From an uncultured Rhodobacterales bacterium (GTDB lineage Bacteria > Pseudomonadota > Alphaproteobacteria > Rhodobacterales > Rhodobacteraceae): DNA of 53,627 bases. The stretch is from positions 1-53,627 of the forward strand of contig CAYZAY010000005.1 of the NCBI GenBank assembly GCA_964476515.1, read 5' to 3'. Below, piece after piece: positions 39,004 through 48,248 of this stretch. The position numbers were made by a program, and so were the translations under genes. Position 1 is the stretch's first letter, and every line of letters starts with the position of its first letter. The notes beneath the pieces are model-generated. The model worked only from the letters and a program-made list of their open reading frames with translations, made no database searches and was not told where the DNA came from.

Positions 39004-39993
39004 ATGACTCCTGAAATCGCGCTTGAATGGGACGATACTGTCCTTCCGTTTCAGCTGGACGCAACCGACACACGCGGCCGAGTGGCGCGTCTTGACGGCG
39101 TTCTTAGCGGAATCCTTGGTCAGCACGACTATCCTCAGCCGGTCGAAGCGTTGGTCGCCGAGATGGCGCTTCTTACAGCCTTGATCGGCCAATCGATCAA
39201 ACTTCGCTGGAAGCTGTCACTGCAGGTTCAAACCAACGGCCCGGTCCGCATGATCGCGACCGATTATTACGGCCCCGAAGAAGATGGCCAGCCAGCGAAA
39301 ATTCGCGCCTACGCAAGCTACGATGCTGACCGCGTTGATCCGGCGGGTGACGCTTTTGCACAGCTCGGTAGTGGCTATTTCGCGGTGATGTTTGATCAGG
39401 GCACCGATATGAAACCCTATCAGGGGATTACCCCGCTAGCTGGCGAATCGATTTCCGCCGCCGCCGAAGCTTATTTTGCCCAGTCCGAACAGCTGCCAAC
39501 TCGGTTTGAGCTGACTTTCGGCAAATCAACCGAGACTGGCGGCAAGGAACATTGGCGCGCGGGCGGCGTTATGATCCAGCACATGCCAAAAGCGTCTCCG
39601 TTTGCGACGGACGAAGGCGGATCGGGCGACGAAGGGGCATTAGCCGCCAAAGATCTGATTCAGGGCGACGCGTCTGAAAACTGGAACCGCGTAAACATGC
39701 TGCTTAATTCGGTTGAAGAGTTTGAATTGATCGGCCCAAGCGTTAGCTCAACCAATTTGTTGCTGCGCCTGTTCCACGAAGAAAACCCAAGAGTGTTTGA
39801 TGCCAATAGCGTCGAATTCGGGTGCACCTGTTCAGAAGACCGCGTCCGTCAAAGCCTGTCGATTTACTCCGCCAAGGACATTTCGACCATGACCACAGAC
39901 GATGGCCGCGTGACGGCGGACTGTCAGTTCTGCGGCGCGCATTATGATCTTGATCCGGCTTCGGTTGGCAAAGACGTCGCGGCGGGTGGCTGA
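39004..39993 (+). CDS. hslO: Redox-regulated chaperone Hsp33
   Basis: C-terminal zinc centre 'CTCS...CQFCG' and Hsp33 length. Confidence 0.9.
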   Translation: MTPEIALEWDDTVLPFQLDATDTRGRVARLDGVLSGILGQHDYPQPVEALVAEMALLTALIGQSIKLRWKLSLQVQTNGPVRMIATDYYGPEEDGQPAKIRAYASYDADRVDPAGDAFAQLGSGYFAVMFDQGTDMKPYQGITPLAGESISAAAEAYFAQSEQLPTRFELTFGKSTETGGKEHWRAGGVMIQHMPKASPFATDEGGSGDEGALAAKDLIQGDASENWNRVNMLLNSVEEFELIGPSVSSTNLLLRLFHEENPRVFDANSVEFGCTCSEDRVRQSLSIYSAKDISTMTTDDGRVTADCQFCGAHYDLDPASVGKDVAAGG

Positions 39994-40591
39994 GGTGTCG
40001 GGCGACACAATCGACTTTTTGCGCAAAGCCATAAGGGCGGGCGGGTCCAGCTCGTCCGATTTTGATCTAAACCCCGATGTCGTGTTGCCCAAAAACAGAA
40101 AACTGCGAAACGCGGCGGTTTTAGTTCCGATAACCACATATACCGGACGGCCAGAGGTTATTCTGACCAAGCGCGCGTCTTCGCTTAAGCACCACCCGGG
40201 TCAAATCGCGTTTCCGGGCGGTAAACAGGACGAAACAGACACTAACCTCGCCCAAACCGCCCTTAGAGAGGCTTGGGAAGAGATCGCACTGCCGCCGGAA
40301 ATCACGTCGATTTTGGGCGAGCTGGCCAAACATGAAACCGTTACCGGCTTCAGCGTGACACCCATTCTGGCGCATGTAGAGCGACCCTTTGATGTGGTTC
40401 CCGAAATGGGCGAAGTGGACGAAGTTTTTTCGGTTCCGCTTGATCATTTTTTGAATGCGGATCGGTTTTTCGTCCAGTATCGTTACTGGCAAGGCGTGAA
40501 GCGGAAATACTATGCAGTTCCCTACGGACCCTATTATATTTGGGGTGCAACGGCGCGAATGCTTCGGGCTTTGGCCGACAGGGTGGCATAA
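39986..40591 (+). CDS. CoA pyrophosphatase (NUDIX, NudL-like)
   Basis: 'FPGGKQDETD...ALREAWEEIAL'. The start is uncertain: GTG 39986/39995 is preferred over the track start 39944, which would overlap hslO by 50 nt. Confidence 0.8.
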   Translation: MAEVSGDTIDFLRKAIRAGGSSSSDFDLNPDVVLPKNRKLRNAAVLVPITTYTGRPEVILTKRASSLKHHPGQIAFPGGKQDETDTNLAQTALREAWEEIALPPEITSILGELAKHETVTGFSVTPILAHVERPFDVVPEMGEVDEVFSVPLDHFLNADRFFVQYRYWQGVKRKYYAVPYGPYYIWGATARMLRALADRVA

Positions 40592-41751
40592 TGAAACTTT
40601 CCGGAAACTGGTTTCAGAACGAAGCGACACAAAAGGTGTTCGCCGTTCTAAACGACGCTGGATATCAGGCGCATATGGTTGGCGGATGTGTGCGAAACGC
40701 GCTTTTGGACGCACCGGTTTCGGATATCGACATCAGCACAGATGCGACGCCCGAAACAGTCTCTAACCTTGCCAAAAACGCTGGTTTAAAGGTTGTTCCC
40801 ACCGGCATTGATCATGGCACCGTCACCATTATTTCGGGCGGTGAACCGCACGAGGTTACGACCTATCGCAAGGATGTGGAAACTGATGGCCGTCGGGCTG
40901 TTGTGGTGTTCTCTCAATCCATGATCGAAGACGCGGAGCGCCGTGATTTTACGATGAATGCGATTTACGCCGATGCACAGGGTGAATTTTTGGACCCCTT
41001 GGGCGGAATGGACGATCTGAACGCCCGGCGAATTCGCTTTATTGGCAATCCGGTCGATCGTATCCGCGAAGACTATCTGAGAATCCTGAGGTTCTTTAGA
41101 TTTACCGCGTGGTACGGGAATCCGGACCTTGGTTGGGAGGCCGGCTCACTAGCGGCAATTGCATCGAATTTGGCAGGAATAGAGACGCTTTCCAAAGAAA
41201 GAGTCGGGCATGAAGTGAAAAAGCTATTGCTTGCGCCCAACCCTGCACCCGCTTTGGCGGTGATGGAACAAACGGGTGTTTTGCACGCAGTTTTGGATGG
41301 CGCGGACACCAAAACCATGCCGATTTTGGTTCATTTGGAAGAAAAAGCCGGAATGGAGCCTTCGTTCACCCGAAGACTGGCGGCACTGGGCGGTAGAAAC
41401 GTTGCTGACGCGTTTCGTTTGTCTAAATCGGACGAGCGTGACCGCTCGGCCATTCAGCATGCAGCGATGAGCTATCAAGACGGGAAAGAGACAGGATATC
41501 GTCTTGGAGAAAAGCTGGGAATGGACGCGAAATTGCTTCGTTCAGCCTATTTAGAGACTGATTTCACCACTCAAGACGTCCAAGACGTTCAGGCCGGTGC
41601 GGCCGCGGTGTTTCCGGTCAGAGCGGCGGATTTGATGGACAGATTTCAAGGTGCGGCTTTGGGGAAAAAGCTGAAACGGCTGGAAGATCTTTGGATCGGG
41701 TTGGGGCTAACCCTGTCAAAACAGGATTTATTAGGCGGTTTGGATGACTAA
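40591..41751 (+). CDS. cca: CCA tRNA nucleotidyltransferase (poly(A) polymerase family)
   Basis: The ATG at 40591 (TAATG overlap with the upstream stop) gives 'MKLSGNW...'. 'MVGGCVRNALL...DIDI' and 'RDFTMNA' motifs are present. Confidence 0.85.
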   Translation: MKLSGNWFQNEATQKVFAVLNDAGYQAHMVGGCVRNALLDAPVSDIDISTDATPETVSNLAKNAGLKVVPTGIDHGTVTIISGGEPHEVTTYRKDVETDGRRAVVVFSQSMIEDAERRDFTMNAIYADAQGEFLDPLGGMDDLNARRIRFIGNPVDRIREDYLRILRFFRFTAWYGNPDLGWEAGSLAAIASNLAGIETLSKERVGHEVKKLLLAPNPAPALAVMEQTGVLHAVLDGADTKTMPILVHLEEKAGMEPSFTRRLAALGGRNVADAFRLSKSDERDRSAIQHAAMSYQDGKETGYRLGEKLGMDAKLLRSAYLETDFTTQDVQDVQAGAAAVFPVRAADLMDRFQGAALGKKLKRLEDLWIGLGLTLSKQDLLGGLDD

Positions 41752-42964
41752 TTACGCAATAAAACGCCTTGGCCACTTGGGCGAAGGTATCGCAGACGGC
41801 CCGATTTACGCGCCGTTAACGCTTCCAGGAGAAGTCGTGACCGGCGAATTGGATGGGGACCGGCTAGCCAATATCCGCATCGAAAAGCCTAGCGAAAACC
41901 GCGTAAAGCCGCCTTGTCGCCATTTCAAATCATGCGGGGGCTGTTTGCTTCAGCATGCGTCTGATGAATTCGTTGCCAGCTGGAAGGTTGGCGTGGTTGC
42001 GACTGCGCTTAGTGCGCAAGAAATCGACACTAATATTGGGCAGATCGTAACATCTCCGCCCAAAAGCCGTCGTCGGGCTACGTTTTCGGCGCGCCGAACC
42101 AAAAAGGGCGCAACCGCGGGTTTTCACGCTCGTGCGTCGGATACAATCGTCGAGATTCCCGACTGTGTTCTTTTGGACCCCGATGTTTTGGCAGGCCGAG
42201 AGCTTGCCGCAGAGCTGGCAGTTGTTGGTGGGTCGCGAAAAGGCGAGATTGCGGTTTCTGTCACCAAGTCGGAAAACGGATTGGATATCCAAGTGCAGGG
42301 CGGCAAGCCCTTGGATGGCCAGCTACGAATTGACCTTGCCGGTTTTGTTGCGCGACGCAATTTGGCGCGCTTGGCGTGGGAAGATGAAACGATTGCCGAG
42401 GCCATGCCCGCGCATCAGGTGTTCGGAAAGGCAAATGTCCTTCCACCCCCGGGCGCATTTCTTCAGGCGACCAAGGAAGGCGAGCAAAGCTTGCTCGACA
42501 GCGTAATGAAAGCGGTCGATGGCGCGAAACGTATCGCGGACCTGTTCGCCGGAAGCGGCACGTTTTCGCTTCCGCTGGCCGAGTTGGGCGAGGTTAGAGC
42601 CTATGAGGGTGATGCAGAGATGATCGCCGCACTCGACAAAGGTTGGCGCATGGCAGCGGGTTTAAAGACCATAACCGCAGAAACGCGTGATCTTTTTCGT
42701 CGGCCATTGATGCCCGATGAGCTGGAAAAGCTCGACGCAGTGGTTATCGATCCGCCAAGGGCAGGCGCAAAAGCACAAGTGGCAGAACTTGCCCAATCGA
42801 CGGTGCCGGTTATCGCGTTCGTATCCTGCAATCCCGTGACATTTGCCCGAGACGCAAAGGTTTTAATTGATGGCGGCTACACGATGGAGTCTGTTTCGGT
42901 CGTCGATCAGTTCCGCTGGTCGCCGCACATTGAAACGGTTGCCAAATTCGTGAAACCGGGGTGA
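41744..42964 (+). CDS. Class I SAM-dependent RNA (uracil-5-)methyltransferase, RlmD/TrmA family
   Basis: Fe-S Cys cluster 'CRHFKSCGGCLLQH', SAM motif 'DLFAGSGTFSLPLA', and 'DPPRAG'...'VSCNP'. Confidence 0.8.
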   Translation: MTNYAIKRLGHLGEGIADGPIYAPLTLPGEVVTGELDGDRLANIRIEKPSENRVKPPCRHFKSCGGCLLQHASDEFVASWKVGVVATALSAQEIDTNIGQIVTSPPKSRRRATFSARRTKKGATAGFHARASDTIVEIPDCVLLDPDVLAGRELAAELAVVGGSRKGEIAVSVTKSENGLDIQVQGGKPLDGQLRIDLAGFVARRNLARLAWEDETIAEAMPAHQVFGKANVLPPPGAFLQATKEGEQSLLDSVMKAVDGAKRIADLFAGSGTFSLPLAELGEVRAYEGDAEMIAALDKGWRMAAGLKTITAETRDLFRRPLMPDELEKLDAVVIDPPRAGAKAQVAELAQSTVPVIAFVSCNPVTFARDAKVLIDGGYTMESVSVVDQFRWSPHIETVAKFVKPG

Positions 42965-43037
42965 TCCTCGGGCGTAGCTTTTCCTTACGTCAGTGTGTAT
43001 TCTACAAAAAACTGGGCAAAAAGAGACCCGTGAGCAG

Positions 43038-43532
43038 ATGAAGATATCACGACGATTGGTTCTATTGGGCGCACCCGTGGCGTTGGCTGGGTGCTTGCCG
43101 ACGGGCGGGTCGTTCCCTCAGCCGAAGATCACCGAGATTAAGGTTTTCAAAGCCAAGCGAAAGTTAAAGCTGCTGAGCTATGGCTTTCCCATTCGCAGTT
43201 ACAACATTGATCTTGGGTCTGACCCCGTTGGACCGAAGCGCAAAAGGGGTGATGGAAAAACGCCCGAAGGGGCCTATCACATCACCCATGTGAATACGCA
43301 AAGCAGGTTTACCCTTAGTTTGGGGATCAACTACCCCAATGAGCAGGACGTGCAAATATCAACTGAAAAGGGCGTTGATCCAGGCGATGAGATATTTGTC
43401 CACGGTCTGCCAAACGGCTACGGAAGCGCCGTGCCGGATTGGACCAACGGGTGCATAGCGGTTAAAAATGACGAGATCAGAGAAATCGTGGCGTTGGTTA
43501 AACCAGGGACGACGATAACGATTTACCCTTAA
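43038..43532 (+). CDS. L,D-transpeptidase catalytic-domain lipoprotein (YkuD fold)
   Basis: Lipobox 'LAGC' after 'MKISRRLVLLGAPVA'. Catalytic region 'IFVHGLPNG...WTNGCIAVKNDEI'. Confidence 0.75.
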   Translation: MKISRRLVLLGAPVALAGCLPTGGSFPQPKITEIKVFKAKRKLKLLSYGFPIRSYNIDLGSDPVGPKRKRGDGKTPEGAYHITHVNTQSRFTLSLGINYPNEQDVQISTEKGVDPGDEIFVHGLPNGYGSAVPDWTNGCIAVKNDEIREIVALVKPGTTITIYP

Positions 43533-44107
43533 CCGTTTTCGTCGGTCGCATCTTCCAGAAGCGCAGACAGTTCTTCATCGGTAAGCAGTTCGGGTTCGGA
43601 CTTCATCGCCGTAACCAGCGTCCACCAAATCTTGCCATTGCGCTCTTGATACCAAGCAAAGCCAATCTCTTGGGCGCGGGGATCAAGAATTACGTTCTTC
43701 GTATCATCCCGAGCCATCCATGCGGACAGCGTTTCAAGTTCGGTCTCAAAGGTTTCGGAAATCGTTTCGCCTAAGAAAATCCCGTCATAGCCAACGCGCT
43801 CAACCCGATCCAACGGCGAAGACCCGTCAGATCCAAAGTGCCAAGGGCGGTTTTGTAGGGACATGTCACGGGCATGGGTTGCAGCTGCTGCGTTTAGCCG
43901 GTTGCTAAGCCGAACCGGTTCGACCGAGGCAGCACCACGCAGGGCGTTGATCGAATCAAGCATGCGGTACTGGATCGTTGCTTTCTGGTCAGCGGGGATC
44001 GAATACAGCCTTGGTAGTGGCTTTTCGTTCAAAATTGCTTCTTCAGGTACTTCACACGCCGCAAGAAACATCGCGATGCCCATAAATAGTGCTGTCCAAA
44101 TCCGCAT
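43529..44107 (-). CDS. CAP/SCP/PR1-like domain lipoprotein
   Basis: Lipobox 'FLAAC' and the CAP-domain-like segment 'MLDSINALRGAASVEPVRLSNRLNAAAATHARDM'. Confidence 0.7.
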   Translation of the reverse strand: MRIWTALFMGIAMFLAACEVPEEAILNEKPLPRLYSIPADQKATIQYRMLDSINALRGAASVEPVRLSNRLNAAAATHARDMSLQNRPWHFGSDGSSPLDRVERVGYDGIFLGETISETFETELETLSAWMARDDTKNVILDPRAQEIGFAWYQERNGKIWWTLVTAMKSEPELLTDEELSALLEDATDENG

Positions 44108-44160
44108 TTCCGGCCCTTTTCTGCCTGCCCGTAGTCCCGCTTACCTTTAGCGGGCAAAAT

Positions 44161-44186
44161 ATTCAAATCCGCAATTCAAATCCGCG
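44161..44186. repeat. Tandem 13-bp direct repeat (attcaaatccgca / attcaaatccgcg) in a divergent promoter region
   Basis: Read directly from the sequence. The segment cgcaattcaa (44171-44180) is also inverted at 44200-44209 (ttgaattgcg). Confidence 0.6.
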
Positions 44187-44266
44187 CGATGACACAAGAT
44201 TGAATTGCGAGTTATACACAGGCACCATAAGGTGCCCTGAAATTCAAAGGCAGGCCGGAGACGAGT

Positions 44267-44875
44267 ATGACTAACGATATTTTGGGGCGCATGGGGCGGC
44301 GCAAATTTCTTTTGGCAAGCGGGGCCTCTGTTTTGGGTGGCCGTGTGGTTGCTCAGGATGCGTTTGAAGGCGAAGAAACGACGGAAGTCGAAGAAGCCGT
44401 CACGCCAACCGCCCGCAACAATATTTCCAGCTTTCGCATGCTTGAATGGCAGCCGTATTTCGACAACCTCAAAAACGGTGCGATACTGGTCGATGTGACG
44501 TCACGCGCGGTACATTATTGGTCCGAGGATGAAAAAACCTATCGCTTGTACCCATCAAGCGTTCCCCTGACCGAGGATTTGACGCGACTTGGCCGTACAC
44601 GCGTTGTGCGCAAGGTCGAAGGCCCAAGCTGGCGACCGACCCCCGATATGATTGAGCGCAATCCTGAATGGCCATCCTTTATCGGCCCCGGTCCAGACAA
44701 TCCGCTTGGGACCCACGCACTGTATCTAAGCTGGCAGTTCTACCGGATCCACGGCACCCACGATACGCGTAAAATCGGCCGCCGTTCTTCGAACGGCTGC
44801 ATCGGATTGTATAATGAGCACATCGCCGAGCTGTTCGGACTGGCGAAGGTTGGTACGCAAGTGTTGCTAATTTGA
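44267..44875 (+). CDS. L,D-transpeptidase (YkuD domain) with Tat-type signal
   Basis: 'MGRRKFLLASGASVLGG' twin-Arg-like leader and the catalytic motif 'HGTHDTRKIGRRSSNGCIGLYNEHI'. Confidence 0.8.
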   Translation: MTNDILGRMGRRKFLLASGASVLGGRVVAQDAFEGEETTEVEEAVTPTARNNISSFRMLEWQPYFDNLKNGAILVDVTSRAVHYWSEDEKTYRLYPSSVPLTEDLTRLGRTRVVRKVEGPSWRPTPDMIERNPEWPSFIGPGPDNPLGTHALYLSWQFYRIHGTHDTRKIGRRSSNGCIGLYNEHIAELFGLAKVGTQVLLI

Positions 44876-45024
44876 CCACATTATTGTGAGCGAGCGGAAG
44901 TTTGCCTGAAGATAAGTTTGCATTCCGGCTTAATTCTTGGTTAGACATGGTTCACGAGGAAAGTCATGCCCGCTTTGCGTCGCCTTCAAATCCGACCAAG
45001 GCCGTTTAATCTGGAGGTTTCATT

Positions 45025-45207
45025 ATGAAAAAACTCGTTATCGCAGCAGCGATCGTAGCCGCAACTGCAGCAGCAGTACAAGCTGGTGGAATGGCAGACC
45101 CTGTCATGGAAGCACCTGTTGTAGTTGAAGCAGCAGAATCAGCATCTTCGGGCAGCAGCTGGATTATTCCACTGATCCTGATCGCACTGTTGGTTGCAGC
45201 GCTTTAA
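45025..45207 (+). CDS. Small (60 aa) exported/membrane-anchored protein
   Basis: Strong SD 'ggagg' 7 nt upstream, signal peptide 'MKKLVIAAAIVAATAAAVQA', C-terminal hydrophobic anchor 'WIIPLILIALLVAAL', and a terminator downstream. Confidence 0.6.
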   Translation: MKKLVIAAAIVAATAAAVQAGGMADPVMEAPVVVEAAESASSGSSWIIPLILIALLVAAL

Positions 45208-45244
45208 TTAGCGTAGACGGTTTTAACCGTCGCACAATGAATTC

Positions 45245-45279
45245 GGGCGGTAGGGGTAACCCTGCCGCCCATTTCTTTT
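45245..45279 (+). terminator. Intrinsic terminator after the 60-aa gene (also downstream of convergent hemH)
   Basis: GC-rich imperfect hairpin gggcggtagggg-taac-ccctgccgccc followed by 'atttctttt'. A smaller hairpin gacgg/ccgtc lies at 45216-45231. Confidence 0.6.
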
Positions 45280-45281
45280 GG

Positions 45282-46322
45282 TTAGTCCAGCCAGCCTGAC
45301 AGGTTGGATTCGATCAAACGACTTAGCGCCGCGATATGCGCATCGTCGTCGTTCAGGCACGGGACGTAAGCAAAGCTTTCGCCGCCCGCCTCTTCAAAGC
45401 TTTCGCGAATTTCTTCGTTGATCTCTTCCAGCGTTTCTAGACAGTCGGCTGAAAACGCAGGGGCTATCACCGCGATGTTTTTTTTGCCGCCTTTAGCAAG
45501 GCGTGCAACTTCTTCGACGGTGTAAGGCTGAAGCCATTCCTCGGGTCCGAATTTGGATTGGAAGGTCGAGATGATTTCAGAATCGTCCCAGCCCAACCGT
45601 TCCTTCAACAGCCGAGTCGTTTTCACGCATTGGCAATAATAGGGATCGCCTTCGGTCAGGTAGCGTTTGGGCAGGCCGTGGTATGAACAGACCAACACAT
45701 CGGGCTTACTGTCCAATTCAGCGTATTTCCGCTTAACCGATTGGGCGAGCGCGTCTATATACATTGGGTCTGAATAATACGGATCAACCACGCGGGCCGT
45801 TGGTTGCCACTTTTGCTTCATCAGCGCGCGGAAGAACTGGTCATTCGCGGTGGCCGACGTTGCTCCGGCGTATTGCGGGTACAGCGGGAAGAACAGGATC
45901 TTGGTACAGCCCGCGTCGATCATGTTCTGAAGCTTTTTATCGGTCGACGGATTGCCGTAGCGCATGCAGTAATCGACCAAAACCTGATCACCGTATCGCG
46001 TTTTCATCGTTTCGGTGATCTTGGCGGTTTGTTGCTTGGTGATGGTGGCAAGCGGCCCTTCGTTGGCCTCAGTGTTCCAGACCGATTTATAGGCGGCACC
46101 AGATTTCGACGGGCGGTTTGTCAGGATGATCAGCTGCAAAAGCGGCTGCCAGAACCATGGCGAATAGTCGATCACCCGTCGGTCCGACAGGAATTCACCA
46201 AGATAGCGACGCATGGACCAATAGTCCGTGCCGTCCGGCGTCCCAAGATTGGCCAACAGAACGCCAACCTTTTCAGGCGGTCGTTTAGGGTGGTCGCTTG
46301 GCGCGTGGGTTAGATCGGTCAT
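45282..46322 (-). CDS. hemH: Ferrochelatase
   Basis: 'GVLLANLGTPD', 'PLYPQYAGATSA', 346 aa. Confidence 0.95.
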   Translation of the reverse strand: MTDLTHAPSDHPKRPPEKVGVLLANLGTPDGTDYWSMRRYLGEFLSDRRVIDYSPWFWQPLLQLIILTNRPSKSGAAYKSVWNTEANEGPLATITKQQTAKITETMKTRYGDQVLVDYCMRYGNPSTDKKLQNMIDAGCTKILFFPLYPQYAGATSATANDQFFRALMKQKWQPTARVVDPYYSDPMYIDALAQSVKRKYAELDSKPDVLVCSYHGLPKRYLTEGDPYYCQCVKTTRLLKERLGWDDSEIISTFQSKFGPEEWLQPYTVEEVARLAKGGKKNIAVIAPAFSADCLETLEEINEEIRESFEEAGGESFAYVPCLNDDDAHIAALSRLIESNLSGWLD

Positions 46323-46376
46323 TTTAGCGCGGATCCTGAAGTCATCGGAATTGGTCTACATGTACCTGAAACGGGG

Positions 46377-47198
46377 TCAATCCTTGAGTGGATTTTCAGT
46401 CGTGCCCAGCGCCTGTGCAAGTGATGCTGTTGCAGACCCTGGTCTTAGGGGCTGTTGCTGTGATTCATCGGGCGCCCAGCCCAGCAAAAAGATCAGCTCA
46501 TAGGTCACAGGTAGGCGTCCGGAACCGGTGGGAAAGCTGCTGGAATAGTGTCTTTGGGTTGCATCAAACAGGGACTTTCCGACGAAAGAACGGTAACGGT
46601 CGGCAAGCGCGTTGGCTTCCCCCATTGCCCGTAGATCGCGCATCAGGTGGTAGACATCGCGATATTCAGCGTTGAGGGGAAGCGAGTCAGCTACAGGCAA
46701 AGCCAGACCTGCCCGCTGCAGCAGTGCACCCATGTCGCGAAGCTCGGCCATCGGGGCGACACGGGGGGAAAGACCGCCCTTTGTCTCTACCTCGGCCTTG
46801 GCCAGAGCTTCCCGAAGCTGGAACAGGGTCTGCCCACCGAAAGCCACAGACAGGAAAAGCCCATCAGGGCGAAGCGCACGGCGACATTGGATTATTTGAC
46901 CAACCGGATCGTTCGCCCAGTGAAGGCACATCGCATGGATGACCAAATCCTTTGAATTAGGCTCTAACCCTAGGGTTTCGTCGTCACTGACAATGGTTGC
47001 AGTGGGAAATGCCGCTGACCAAACCTCGGGATGACCGGTCACAATCGCGATATCTGTAAAGTCCCGGTTAACCAAGGATAGGCGATCCTGAATATCGGCG
47101 ATCGCTTCATCATGCAGAATGGTTGCACCATCGGGTTTCGCCCTTTGGCGGTTTCGCTCAAGCGACGCGCGGTCGGTTATCTGGGGGATAGAGTTCAT
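46377..47198 (-). CDS. Class I SAM-dependent methyltransferase
   Basis: I chose the ATG at 47198 (MNSIPQITDRASLERNR...). It has a methyltransferase-fold core ('DLVIHAMCLHWANDP', 'LRPDGLFL'). Confidence 0.75.
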   Translation of the reverse strand: MNSIPQITDRASLERNRQRAKPDGATILHDEAIADIQDRLSLVNRDFTDIAIVTGHPEVWSAAFPTATIVSDDETLGLEPNSKDLVIHAMCLHWANDPVGQIIQCRRALRPDGLFLSVAFGGQTLFQLREALAKAEVETKGGLSPRVAPMAELRDMGALLQRAGLALPVADSLPLNAEYRDVYHLMRDLRAMGEANALADRYRSFVGKSLFDATQRHYSSSFPTGSGRLPVTYELIFLLGWAPDESQQQPLRPGSATASLAQALGTTENPLKD

Positions 47199-47945
47199 AT
47201 GCTTGGTAATAGGATCAGAACGACGGCAATTCAAACCGTATTCCAGGTGATCTTTCCACCGCAGTGTGTCGCGTGTAGCGCAATCGTGTCCGAGACTGAC
47301 GGGCTGTGCCCGACCTGTTGGCGTGATACGCATTTCATCAGCGGTCTTGTTTGCGACAAATGCGGCACCCCGCTTCCGGGCGAGGATTCAGACACCGATG
47401 AGCTGTGTGACGATTGTATTAAGATCGCACGACCGTGGAATAGTGGAAGATCGGCAGTGGTCTATAAAGGAGCTGGGCGAAAGCTAGTTCTGGGCCTGAA
47501 GCACGCGGACCGGACCGAGGTTGCCAAATCTGCAGGTAAATGGATGGCCAAAGCCGGGGCGGATCTTGTTTCGCCAACTTCACTGGTGGCTCCGATTCCG
47601 CTTCACAACGCTCGTTTATTCAAGCGGCGGTACAACCAATCTGCGCTTTTGGCGCAGAGATTTGGTGTGCTGCATCAAATTGACGTGATCCCCGACCTTC
47701 TGAAGCGCACAAAGAAAACCCAACCTCTGGACGGGTTGAACAAAGATCAACGGTTCGAACTATTGCACCAAGCGATCAAGCTAACCCCCCGATATTACGA
47801 TAAAATTCGGGGCGCTGATGTGATACTGGTAGACGACGTCATGACCAGCGGCGCGACTTTCGCCGCAGCGACCGAAGCGTGTTTTGCAGCTGACGCAAAG
47901 TCGGTATGTATTGTCGCACTAGCGCGCGTCATGAAAGATGCCTAA
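47199..47945 (+). CDS. comF: ComF family protein (zinc-ribbon + phosphoribosyltransferase domain)
   Basis: 'FPPQCVACS...CPTCW...CDKCG...CDDC' double zinc ribbon and the PRTase motif 'VILVDDVMTSGAT'. Confidence 0.8.
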   Translation: MLGNRIRTTAIQTVFQVIFPPQCVACSAIVSETDGLCPTCWRDTHFISGLVCDKCGTPLPGEDSDTDELCDDCIKIARPWNSGRSAVVYKGAGRKLVLGLKHADRTEVAKSAGKWMAKAGADLVSPTSLVAPIPLHNARLFKRRYNQSALLAQRFGVLHQIDVIPDLLKRTKKTQPLDGLNKDQRFELLHQAIKLTPRYYDKIRGADVILVDDVMTSGATFAAATEACFAADAKSVCIVALARVMKDA

Positions 47946-47982
47946 ATCAGAATGCATCAAGTAACTCTCTGAAAGACCCACC

Positions 47983-48243
47983 ATGCCAAAGATCGACATT
48001 TACACCAGACCCATGTGCGGGTTCTGTTCGTCAGCCAAACGCTTGCTGTCGCAAAAGGGCGTCGAGTTCCATGAGATTAACATTTGGACTGAAAAGGGCG
48101 CACGCGACGAAATGCTTGTGCGCTCGAATGGTGGGCAAACCGTGCCGCAGATATTTATCGACGGCGCGCATGTTGGTGGCTGCAATGAACTTTACGCGCT
48201 TGAGCGCAGCGGCGGGCTTGATCCGCTGTTGAAAGTATCCTGA
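47983..48243 (+). CDS. grxC: Glutaredoxin 3
   Basis: Active site 'CGFC', 'GGQTVPQIFIDGAHVGGC', 86 aa. Confidence 0.9.
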   Translation: MPKIDIYTRPMCGFCSSAKRLLSQKGVEFHEINIWTEKGARDEMLVRSNGGQTVPQIFIDGAHVGGCNELYALERSGGLDPLLKVS

Positions 48244-48248
48244 GCTAC

